In this document: piece after piece, positions 1 to 9,151 of the stretch
How positions within the stretch are numbered: position 1 is the stretch's first letter
Layout of the letters: each line of letters begins with the position of its first letter
Source of the DNA: Candidatus Poribacteria bacterium
GTDB lineage: Bacteria; Poribacteria; WGA-4E; WGA-3G
Assembly (NCBI GenBank): GCA_965198235.1
Contig: OZ240248.1
Coordinates: forward strand, 1,920,001 to 1,984,000
Length of the DNA: 64,000 bases
Reading direction: 5' to 3'
Translations under genes and position numbers: made by a program
The notes under the pieces: model-generated
What the model was told of the DNA's origin: nothing
Seen by the model: the letters and a program-made list of their open reading frames with translations, nothing else
The model's database searches: none

Positions 1-2
1 AC

Positions 3-521
3 CGGTCCTCTGTCGCAGATTTTAGCGACATTGTTGCAAACTACGAGGTGAACGCGAAAGGACTGCATATCGTCTTACATGCCGCGAAGGAAGCGGGCAT
101 CCGACACGCCGTCTACACAAGCACTTTCACCGTACATGAGCGGACACGAAACAATTTCCCGTATGAAGATGTAATGCCGCGCGATAATCCGGGTGTCTAT
201 GGGTTAACCAAAGGCTTCGGCGAGCAGGTCTGTGAATACTTTACGCGGGAACACGGCATGTCGCTTATTGCTCTGCGGATCACGGGTCCCTCTACACGCC
301 AACAGTGGCTTGAACGTTACGCCCAACCGAAAGATTCGTCAGTGCACATCTGGTGGACGGATGAAGAAGATCTGGCGAGCGCGTATCTCGCCGCTATTTC
401 GGTTGAACACGAGGGTTTTGATGCTTTCTTTATTGCGGGAGATCACGAACAGAAGGAAATTAATCTCTCAAAAGCGAAACGACTGCTCGGTTGGGAACCG
501 CTGACGCACACACGTGTGTGA
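3..521 (+). CDS. NAD-dependent epimerase/dehydratase (extended SDR), cut by the left window edge
   Basis: YGLTK (YxxxK) and VYTST motifs; frame is open back to position 3. Confidence 0.8.
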   Translation, partial: RSSVADFSDIVANYEVNAKGLHIVLHAAKEAGIRHAVYTSTFTVHERTRNNFPYEDVMPRDNPGVYGLTKGFGEQVCEYFTREHGMSLIALRITGPSTRQQWLERYAQPKDSSVHIWWTDEEDLASAYLAAISVEHEGFDAFFIAGDHEQKEINLSKAKRLLGWEPLTHTRV

Positions 522-543
522 ATGATGTGGATGACTCCGTAAT

Positions 544-572
544 TTGACAAAAACCTTGTTGCATGATACAAT
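544..572 (+). promoter_or_regulatory. sigma70-type promoter with extended -10, upstream of PIN gene copy 1
   Basis: TTGACA (544-549), 17 bp spacer, TGa-TACAAT (564-572). Confidence 0.65.
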
Positions 573-1255
573 ATAACACGGACAAACCGAAAGTCTACGT
601 TGAAACAACAGTCGTTAGTTAATTGGTCGCTCGGCCTAGCTACGATGTAATGGTCGCCGCTCGACAACAAGCAACGCAACAACTGTGGACAGAATATGCT
701 GATAACTTTGAATTTATGATTTCAGATATAGTCCTCAACGAGGTCAGCCGAGGTGATGTAGTAGCAGCTCAGCATCGGCTTGAGATGTTAGCAGATCTAC
801 CAGTATTAGATGTCTCATCGGAGTCTATAATGCTTGAGGAAAATCTGATAGATGCTGGTGCCGTGCCACAACACTCGCGCCCAGACGCACAGCATATCGC
901 CATTGCCACGGTGAATAGTATTGAATATCTAATCTCTTGGAACTACAGGCATATTGTGAATGAAACCAAGCGGAATCTGATAAACGAGGTTTGTCACGCC
1001 GCAGGATTTCAACCCACAAGCCTTTGCACACTCATTGAGCTGATTGAGGAGATTCAAATGAAAGAGGAACATGATACACGCATGGATCCAGTACTGGAAG
1101 AGTGCTATCGGATGAAAGAAGAATTTGCCTCCCAATTTAAATCTTCGCAAGAACTCTACGATTATTTGAAGGCGGAACAGCAAAAATTTAAAGCACTCGG
1201 TTGGAAATATCTGTCTCCACCACCGCCCCGAACCGAATCTGGTAAAAAAGACTAA
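563..1255 (+). pseudogene. PIN/VapC-family toxin fused to an antitoxin-like tail, interrupted by in-frame TAA at 620-622
   Basis: Reads KPKVYVETTVVS*LVARPS...DAQHIAIAT...YLISWNYRH; the paralog at 24745 has H at the stop position. Confidence 0.75.
1058..1255 (+). CDS. putative separately translated antitoxin-like small protein (C-terminal module of the PIN fusion)
   Basis: GAGGAG 6 nt before in-frame ATG 1058; DPVLEECYRMKEEF motif shared with 25240-25479. Confidence 0.45.
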   Translation: MKEEHDTRMDPVLEECYRMKEEFASQFKSSQELYDYLKAEQQKFKALGWKYLSPPPPRTESGKKD

Positions 1256-1281
1256 ACTGTTCACACGAAGGAAAATTGCCT

Positions 1282-2094
1282 ATGACGCACCCTGAACTCA
1301 CCTTAACGGAACGTCGCCCGTTTCAAACCCAACGCCGAGATACATGGTGGTTGCAACCCTTAGCCGTATTTGTCGGGTTGGGACTCTTCATCGTTTATAC
1401 CACCTTTCGGGTTTTTGAAGGCAATCATTTCATTCACGGACCCTACTTGTCGCCTTTCTATTCACCGTTGCTTTTTGGTACTGAAAAGGCGGTGCATAGC
1501 CTCGATCACAGTTGGTTTGGCATGATGCCGTCTTGGATACCGGGTTTCATTACGCCGGCTGTTCTCATTTTGTGGGCACCGCTCGGATTTCGCTTTACAT
1601 GCTACTATTACCGTGGGGCGTATTACAAAGCGTTTTGGGCAGATCCACCCTCCTGCACGGTATCAGAACCGCGTAATAACTACCGAGGTGAACACTCTTT
1701 CCCCTTACTTGTTCAGAATATTCACAGATATTTCCTCTACGTTGCCTTCATCATTTGGATTATTCTCGCTATTGATGTATGGAAAGCACTATGGTTTGAC
1801 GATGGTAACGGCGGGACAACCTTCGGCATCGGCGTAGGCACCATCATCTTGGCAGGCAATATTGTGCTTTTAGGCGGTTATACCTTCGGATGCCACTCTT
1901 TACGCCACTTGGTCGGTGGGGTTGTCGACCTGCTCTCCAAAGCACCAGTCCGTCGGGGAGCCTATAACTGTGTCAGTTGCTTGAACCGTCGGCATATGCT
2001 TTGGGCATGGATGAGTCTCTGTTGGGTCGGTGTTTCTGATCTCTATGTCCGTATCGCTGCCACAACAGGTTTTAAAGACTGGATTACTTTTTAA
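1282..2094 (+). CDS. succinate dehydrogenase membrane anchor, mycobacterial Sdh1 (Rv0249c-like) type
   Basis: Several TM segments; FRFTCYYYRGAYYKAFW, NIHRY, GCHSLRH, NRRHM motifs; directly upstream of sdhA/sdhB. Confidence 0.8.
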   Translation: MTHPELTLTERRPFQTQRRDTWWLQPLAVFVGLGLFIVYTTFRVFEGNHFIHGPYLSPFYSPLLFGTEKAVHSLDHSWFGMMPSWIPGFITPAVLILWAPLGFRFTCYYYRGAYYKAFWADPPSCTVSEPRNNYRGEHSFPLLVQNIHRYFLYVAFIIWIILAIDVWKALWFDDGNGGTTFGIGVGTIILAGNIVLLGGYTFGCHSLRHLVGGVVDLLSKAPVRRGAYNCVSCLNRRHMLWAWMSLCWVGVSDLYVRIAATTGFKDWITF

Positions 2095-2132
2095 AAAACA
2101 TCTATTGTAGAGAAGAAAGAGGAAACATTAGC

Positions 2133-3965
2133 GTGTCATCTTACGAAACTCATGAATATGATGTATTGATAATCGGAGCCGGTGGTGCTGGACTTCGGGC
2201 AGCTATTGAAGCCGCCACAGGTGACCTAAAAGTAGGGCTCGTGTGCAAATCTTTGCTCGGCAAGGCGCACACTGTTATGGCGGAAGGTGGAGTCGCCGCT
2301 GCTTTGGCGAACGTTGATGAAAGAGATAGTTGGCGTGTGCATTTCGCTGATACCATGCGCGGTGGACAGTACCTCTCTAACGCACGAATGGCGGAACTTC
2401 ACGCCCAAGAAGCACCAGACAGAGTGCGTGAGCTTGAAGCGTGGGGGGCTCTATTTGACCGAACACAAGATGGAGGCATCCTTCAGCGGAACTTTGGTGG
2501 ACACCAATACCCGCGCCTCGCACACGTCGGCGATCGAACTGGATTGGAAATGATCCGCGCGCTACAGGACCACGGTATTCATCAAGGTATTGAGGTGCAC
2601 ATGGAGAATACCGTCGTTTCACTCCTCAAAACGGGTGAGAGAGTCTCAGGGGCATTCGGTTACGAACGTGAGAAAGGACGATTCAAGGTCTTTTCCGCCA
2701 AAACTGTCGTTTTAGCAACAGGCGGTGTCGGAAAGGCATATAAGATCACAAGCAATAGTTGGGAATATACCGGCGATGGCCATTCCCTCGCATACCACGC
2801 CGGGGCGGAACTCATAGATATGGAATTCGTCCAATTCCATCCCACTGGCATGGTGTGGCCCCCCAGTGTCCGAGGTATCTTGGTCACGGAGGGGGTACGT
2901 GGCGAAGGTGGTATCCTCCAAAACAGTGAGGGTAAACGCTTCATGTTCGATGATATCCCGGAACTCTATGTGAACCAGACGGCGGATAACCCTGAAGAAG
3001 GCTGGCGATATACACAAGGCGACCGAGATGCCCGCCGTCCACCTGAGCTTCTCACGCGCGATCATGTTGCACGGTGCATCGTCCGAGAGGTCCAAGAGGG
3101 GCGGGGAAGTCCACACGGTGGTGTATTCTTGGATATAGCGTGGATTAAGGAAAAAATTTCGAGTGCTCCAGAGCATATCCGTAGGAAGTTACCGAGTATG
3201 TACCATCAATTCAAGGAGCTCGCCGACATTGACATCACACAAGAACCTATGGAGGTAGGTCCCACAACCCACTACATCATGGGCGGCATTCGGGTCGATG
3301 CTGATTCACAGATGACAGCAGTTCCAGGGCTTTTCGCCGCGGGTGAATGTGCAGCGGGATTACACGGTGCCAACAGACTCGGTGGTAATTCATTGTCGGA
3401 TCTGCTCGTTTTCGGTAAACGCGCCGGAGAATACGCCGCACAGTTTGCGGAGGAGAACGAGGCAGCCCCACTTGATGAAGCAGAAATTGATGCAATCGCT
3501 GCACACACACTAAAACCCTTTGAGAACCCGGCAGACGATGGCAATGCAGACAATACGGGACCCTACGGCATTCAAGCACAACTCCAAGAAAAGATGCAGG
3601 AACTGGTAGGTATTGCCCGAAGCCAGGAAAGTCTCAGGCAAGCCTTGGAAGAGATCCAAAACCTGCGCGAGCAGGCAGAGAGCGTTCATGCTGTCGGCAA
3701 TCGGGAATATAACGCTGGATGGCATACCGCACTTGATCTCGACTGCTTGATCACGATCTCCGAAGCGATTGCACTCGCAGCACTTGAACGCAAGGCGAGC
3801 ATCGGTGCACATTCACGGGACGATTATCCTGAGAAAGAGGAACCCGGTGCAGGCAAATATAACACCATCGTTAAGAAGGCATCCGATGGCACAATGGAGA
3901 TTCGCCGGCAATCGGTTGAGGAACCCCGAGCCGATCTGCAGGAGATCATAGACGAAATCGGATAG
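2133..3965 (+). CDS. sdhA: succinate dehydrogenase/fumarate reductase flavoprotein subunit
   Basis: GAGGAG FAD fold, AHTVMAEGG covalent-His motif, EFVQFHPT, HYIMGG, LHGANRLGGNSL. Confidence 0.95.
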   Translation: MSSYETHEYDVLIIGAGGAGLRAAIEAATGDLKVGLVCKSLLGKAHTVMAEGGVAAALANVDERDSWRVHFADTMRGGQYLSNARMAELHAQEAPDRVRELEAWGALFDRTQDGGILQRNFGGHQYPRLAHVGDRTGLEMIRALQDHGIHQGIEVHMENTVVSLLKTGERVSGAFGYEREKGRFKVFSAKTVVLATGGVGKAYKITSNSWEYTGDGHSLAYHAGAELIDMEFVQFHPTGMVWPPSVRGILVTEGVRGEGGILQNSEGKRFMFDDIPELYVNQTADNPEEGWRYTQGDRDARRPPELLTRDHVARCIVREVQEGRGSPHGGVFLDIAWIKEKISSAPEHIRRKLPSMYHQFKELADIDITQEPMEVGPTTHYIMGGIRVDADSQMTAVPGLFAAGECAAGLHGANRLGGNSLSDLLVFGKRAGEYAAQFAEENEAAPLDEAEIDAIAAHTLKPFENPADDGNADNTGPYGIQAQLQEKMQELVGIARSQESLRQALEEIQNLREQAESVHAVGNREYNAGWHTALDLDCLITISEAIALAALERKASIGAHSRDDYPEKEEPGAGKYNTIVKKASDGTMEIRRQSVEEPRADLQEIIDEIG

Positions 3966-3966
3966 C

Positions 3967-4317
3967 ATTTTAATTGTTCGCAAGGCGTTAAATCAGGTGT
4001 TTTGTTTATCAAAGGGTTCTGCTCATATCCGCCTGCGCCGTTGTTGCAGGCTGCCGTTTTGAGTAAAATTAAAAGCCGTAGCCCGTAATGTAATGGAGGG
4101 GTTTTTGCTTGGGTGTTTCTTCAGATCTACGGAAGATAACGTGAAATCCCAAACCCGCCTCAACGAACCGCAAGGAAAATTAAAAAAACCGCAAGGAAAA
4201 ATTCAATCCTTGTGAATCCACCAAACCTGTAGCCCGTAACGTAGTGGAGGGCGGATCTACGGAGAGGCACTTCATTCATCAAACTGACTTGATCGAACCG
4301 CAAGGAACATTAAAAAG
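3967..4317. repeat. composite of dispersed repeat arms between sdhA and sdhB
   Basis: Degenerate inverted arm about 3967-4054, then arms 4078-4188 and 4229-4317 (GTAGCCCGTAA..TGGAGGG...GAACCGCAAGGA..ATTAAAAA); matches copies at 16041, 23341, 30979, 37229, 40720. Confidence 0.8.
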
Positions 4318-5058
4318 ATGGCGAAAACAACATTTAGAATCTGGCGTGGTAATGCGGATGGAGCGGAATTTGTCGATTATGACACCGAGGTTTCTGAAGG
4401 TATGGTAGTTTTAGATGCCGTCCATCGTATCCAAGCCGAGCAAGCAAACGACATGGCTGTTCGATGGAATTGTAAAGCGGGAAAATGCGGATCCTGCTCC
4501 GCTGAAGTCAACGGACAACCAAAATTGATGTGCATGACGCGTCTCAACGACTTACCCCTTGATGAACCTGTCACGGTCGAACCGATGCGTGCATTCCCGC
4601 TCATCAAAGACCTCGTTACAGACGTATCATGGAACTTCAGAGTTAAAGAGAGAATGAAGCCTTTCACGCCACGACCTCCTGATGCCGAAGATGGCACATG
4701 GCGGATGGAACAGGAAGACATCGATCACATCCAGGAGTTTCGGAAATGCATTGAGTGCTTCCTCTGCCAGGATGTCTGCCATGTCCTTCGGGAACACGAT
4801 CTTCATGACGAATTCATCGGACCGAGATTCTTCGTTTACGCCGCTTCCTTGGAAATGCATCCGATTGACACTGAAAACCGGTTGGAAGAATTGAAGGATT
4901 CGGATGGTATCGGGTATTGTAACATTACCAAATGTTGTACGAAGGTCTGCCCGGAACATATCACGATTACGGACAACGCCATTATCCCGCTCAAAGAACG
5001 CGTCGTTGACCAATTCTACGATCCGGTTAAAAAATTGTTCCGCGTTTTTAGTGGCTGA
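4318..5058 (+). CDS. sdhB: succinate dehydrogenase/fumarate reductase iron-sulfur subunit
   Basis: CKAGKCGSC..C, CIECFLCQDVC and CNITKCCTKVCP cluster motifs. Confidence 0.95.
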   Translation: MAKTTFRIWRGNADGAEFVDYDTEVSEGMVVLDAVHRIQAEQANDMAVRWNCKAGKCGSCSAEVNGQPKLMCMTRLNDLPLDEPVTVEPMRAFPLIKDLVTDVSWNFRVKERMKPFTPRPPDAEDGTWRMEQEDIDHIQEFRKCIECFLCQDVCHVLREHDLHDEFIGPRFFVYAASLEMHPIDTENRLEELKDSDGIGYCNITKCCTKVCPEHITITDNAIIPLKERVVDQFYDPVKKLFRVFSG

Positions 5059-5168
5059 AAGACTCACTGCCACGTCTAAACCGCAGTGAATGCGAATCAC
5101 CGTTCTCAAATTGGCGTAACAAGCACGAAAATTTCTTTTGATATATATAATTCGGAGATGTTAGAATC

Positions 5169-6305
5169 ATGGGAACCAGCAAAAATGATATTTTAAGAGT
5201 TGGTGTGATTGGACCCGGCGGTGCAGGACGAGGGAACACACTCGGTTTCGCAACCCGTCCCGACGCTGAAGTCGTCGCCGCTGTGGACACCCACGAAGCG
5301 AGTTTGGACGCTTTAGAAAACGCGCTCCAAGAACGCGTTGACGGCTATAAAGCGAATAGTTTCAACCGCTACCTCGGTGAATACGAGTTCGTGGAGATGC
5401 TCAATCACGAAGATTTGGATATAGTCGGTGTATTCTCGCCCCACTCCCTTCACGATATTCACACGAAATACGCCCTCCGCGCCGGATGCCACGTTATCGT
5501 CGAAAAACCGATGGCAAATATCGTTGGCGATGCAATCACGGTAACCAAAATCGCAATGGGCAGCGGATTACACCTCGTCGGTGGGTATCAACGACATTAC
5601 GAGGATACCTACATGGCAACCAGGCGCGCAATCGCTGAAGGACGCATCGGAAACCTCCAGAAATTTGAGGTTTACATGGCGCAGCGGTGGGGGGCGGGTG
5701 GATGGCGAGGGGATCCACGCTTCTCCGGCGGTGGGCAACCCAACGACTCAGGAAGCCACCTCCAAGATATATTCTTATGGATGACGGGTGCCTTGCCCGC
5801 TGAGGTCTACGGAACGACTGACATGAAATTTGAGGACGACGATGGAAACCTCGTTCCAAAGTTCGTTGAAATTAATTCCTACTCAGATGTAACGCTGGAT
5901 AACGGTGCCGAAGGCACAATCACTATCCTCGGGAACACGCGCGTTGGGTTTGAAGAATGGGTAATTCTGGAAGGTGATGAAGGAACGATCGAAATCAAAA
6001 ATGGCATTCGTTACACTCCCCAAGGTGGCGAGCCAGAATCCCTTGCTTATCCGCGTCCGGAAGGGTATCCCCGCAACAAGGTCGACCAACTCGTCGGTTT
6101 AGTAAAAGGTGAGTACCAGACAAACTACACCTCTGGCATCAATGGGGTACGTACCAGTTGGTTGACAAATTCAATTCTCGAAGCAGGTAAGGGACCCGAC
6201 GCGAAAAATAGGGTGAATTGCGATAACCTCATCCAGAAAGATGGATACACTCGGCAAGAGGTTTTAGAATTGATTGATGAATGCGCATCCAAATCATGTT
6301 ATTAA
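5169..6305 (+). CDS. Gfo/Idh/MocA family oxidoreductase
   Basis: RVGVIGPG Rossmann start, HVIVEKP, SGGG..D.GSHLQD. Confidence 0.9.
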   Translation: MGTSKNDILRVGVIGPGGAGRGNTLGFATRPDAEVVAAVDTHEASLDALENALQERVDGYKANSFNRYLGEYEFVEMLNHEDLDIVGVFSPHSLHDIHTKYALRAGCHVIVEKPMANIVGDAITVTKIAMGSGLHLVGGYQRHYEDTYMATRRAIAEGRIGNLQKFEVYMAQRWGAGGWRGDPRFSGGGQPNDSGSHLQDIFLWMTGALPAEVYGTTDMKFEDDDGNLVPKFVEINSYSDVTLDNGAEGTITILGNTRVGFEEWVILEGDEGTIEIKNGIRYTPQGGEPESLAYPRPEGYPRNKVDQLVGLVKGEYQTNYTSGINGVRTSWLTNSILEAGKGPDAKNRVNCDNLIQKDGYTRQEVLELIDECASKSCY

Positions 6306-6368
6306 AGCACGGATGCCTATTCACGTAGGTGACTTCAGACCGAGTCAATATAAAAAAGGAGAAAGACC

Positions 6369-8368
6369 GTGAAATTTTCGGCACAACTCGCAACCAAGAT
6401 TTATGATGGCTGGCAAAAACTCGCTGTTAAAAGTATGAAGTATTGTCCGCTCGTCGCTATTATTTTGGTAGTATTGGTCCAAATTAGTTGCGTACCCGGT
6501 AGCGCGCTGCGCCCTGCGGAAAAACTCGTTGAGCAGAAAGATTACCCAGGTGCGGTAGAGGCTTATCAAAGTATTGTGGATGCCCAACCCGGCACACCCG
6601 AAGCACTTCAGGCACAACTCGCTATAGGCAAACTTTTCATCGATCGGATGAACCAACCTGCAGAAGGGATTAAAGCCTATGAAGCAGTCATTGCCGCTGC
6701 AGCGGAAAGCGACGAAGCTGCTGAAGCACATTATGAACTCGGCATGCACTACTATCGACAAAAGGATTTTAAAGCCGCTCAAACCCAATTTGACGCAGTC
6801 ATCAACAACTTTCCGCAGCTCGAATTGAGCCACAACTCGCAACTGATGCTGGCGAAAAGTTATGAAGAGGCAAAGGACTTTGAGCAGGCAGTAGAGGTTT
6901 TCGATAACTTCGCAAACCGGAACCCTCGTAGTGAACGCGCCGCACTGGCTATTGCCAATAAAGGGCGAATCCAACGGCAGCACCTCAAAAACGAAGAGGA
7001 AGCGAAACGCACTTATCAATCACTCGTTAAGAGATATGGTAAGGTCGAAGGTGCTGAAAAAGAAATTGAGAAAGCGAAACAGGAACTGACAGACCTCAAG
7101 GCAAGCATTCCAAAACCTGATGACCCACTGGCAACACAGCTTGACAGAGCCTATGCACAGCGGGAAGCGAGGCGTGAACTGGATCGACCTCGCGGGGGTG
7201 TTGAGAGAAGCCGCGCAATGGGAAATATTAATTTACAAGTCGCGGACTCCGGATTCGGGGTTGGTGCGTCAGAGGTCATGCGGAATTTCGGCGGTCAAGG
7301 TGGTATCGTAGGTGATGCACAGGGCAGCTACTTCGATGCTGAACTTATGATTGCCAACTTCTTCTATGGTGATGAAAGTTACCGTGACGCAGGTGCCTTA
7401 TACTACGATGCAATTGCCCGCGCCGAAGCAATACAGGTGAAAATCGACCCGTATACCTACCTCAAACTCTCAATTTGCTACCGAAAAATCGGGATGCATC
7501 AACGGGCGAAAGAGGTTCTCAAAAAGGCAGCGCGCCGAGATGGTGGGGTCATTCAAGCCGTCATCGACACCGGACGGAATCACTACACTTCCGATTCGTA
7601 TGAGAAAGCGATAGAAACCTACAATTCTGTTCTTGGAATGGCTCAACGCAAAGATTCCGAGATTTACTGGTTACTCTCGCTCGCCCACAAAAGTTAGGTG
7701 AACCCGAGAAGGAGCGAGAGGTTCTTGAGCGATCTGTCGCGGCGAACACGCAGAATGTGGATGCGCTACAAAGCCTTGCCGAAGTCCTCCACTATCGGTT
7801 GAAGGATCGGAAAACCGCCATAATCTTTCAGGATCTCGTTGATCAGAAAGGCGATTCATACATCGGGTCTAAAACCCTCGGTGACCTCACCTATAAGTAC
7901 GGGAATTATGTGCAATCCCGTGCGAAATATAGAGCCGCCGCACGGACAGCGAAACGGTTGCTCAACAAATCGGAAAGCGAAGTCGAAAAGAAAAAACTTC
8001 GCAATCAGGTCGTTTATGCGACTATCTTCGCTGCACGTGCTACCTATCACCTGAAGAAACTGGAAGACGCGCAGAAGATGATAGATGAATTGGCAGCAGA
8101 GTATCCCGAACACGCCTTAATCCCTTACGGTAGGGGTGAGTTAGCACTTTTAGACGGCGATGCGGAAACTGCTGTTGCTGAATTCAAAGCGTCGATTGAG
8201 AAGAACCCGCTTTCTGACATTTCACTGATAGCACTTGGAGAGTACTATGTCTCACAAGGGTTTAATGACGACGCTATAGCCCTGTGGGAAGGCTATTTGG
8301 CGAAAAATCAATATAATCAGAAAGTCCGTCGCAGCCTTAATAAGTTGAAAGGTGAAGACGCGGAATAA
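6369..8368 (+). pseudogene. TPR-repeat putative lipoprotein split by a 1-nt frameshift at the A-run 7689-7692 (real or sequencing error)
   Basis: ORFs 6369-7697 and 7757-8368 join if one A is added (LAHKKLGEPEKEREVLERSVAANTQNVDALQSLA); lipobox-like VQISC; TPR motifs throughout. Confidence 0.7.
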
Positions 8369-8379
8369 GTGTTGTAAAC

Positions 8380-8401
8380 CGCGCGGTTGAAAAACCGCGC
8401 G
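8380..8401. other. GC-rich hairpin after the TPR gene (REP-like or terminator without U-tract)
   Basis: CGCGCGGTT-GAAA-AACCGCGCG perfect 9-bp stem. Confidence 0.5.
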
Positions 8402-8444
8402 ATACATCATGATTTCGGAATAATCAGTCTTTTTAGAAAAAAAC

Positions 8445-8473
8445 TTGACCTTTTATTGCCAATTGTGTATAAT
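8445..8473 (+). promoter_or_regulatory. sigma70-type promoter upstream of rho
   Basis: TTGACC (8445-8450), 17 bp, TATAAT (8468-8473), A-rich upstream. Confidence 0.7.
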
Positions 8474-9151
8474 TAACAGTTAAGGTTCTTAACTTCCTAA
8501 GCGCAAGCATGCTTTAAGGGTGCAATTCGCAGCTTTCCCCTGATGAAACAGTGTAAACCCCGAAAAAAGCGTATTTTGAGGAAAAACGAGTCACTGGTTG
8601 TAAGGCAATGTGTGCAACGCCAGTTTTGATATGGAAAACCAAGTGGCACCTTTAGGTCGAAACCACCTTCTAAGACGTATCTCGAAGCAACTATACAAGA
8701 AACACTCCCACGGGCAACGTTGCACCTACTCTATCGCTATCCCTGTATACCCTGCATTTTGCTTTGTTGCATATCTCAACGGCAATTTCTCATGCGTTTG
8801 GTTGGAGTGTCATGCCAGATTAACCGACTTTGTGGTAAAACCCTGTTTTTGTGCCCCGGTTCTGTTACGCGATTTATTAAACGACAGAGTAGAGAAACCC
8901 GGTAGATGTGGTTTTCAATCGCGAACCGAAAGTGATAGAAACTAACTTCAGTAAATTATTCTATAGAATTTGCCCCGATTCCATTTTAACCTCTTCTTTG
9001 TATCCTCTTTTAGCGACTGCTTTCAAATTGGGAACCCATTTTTAAGAGAACGCGTATTTGAGTGGAGGCAAAGAATTCGCTGGGTGGTTAGATGAACGCC
9101 ATGGTGGAACGATTACCTTGGAACCGGGCACAATGAGGAGTATTAGAAACT

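Noticed and set aside
8610-8945. 111-aa ORF upstream of rho
   Set aside because: No recognisable motif, Cys-rich atypical composition and no clear RBS; more likely leader sequence.
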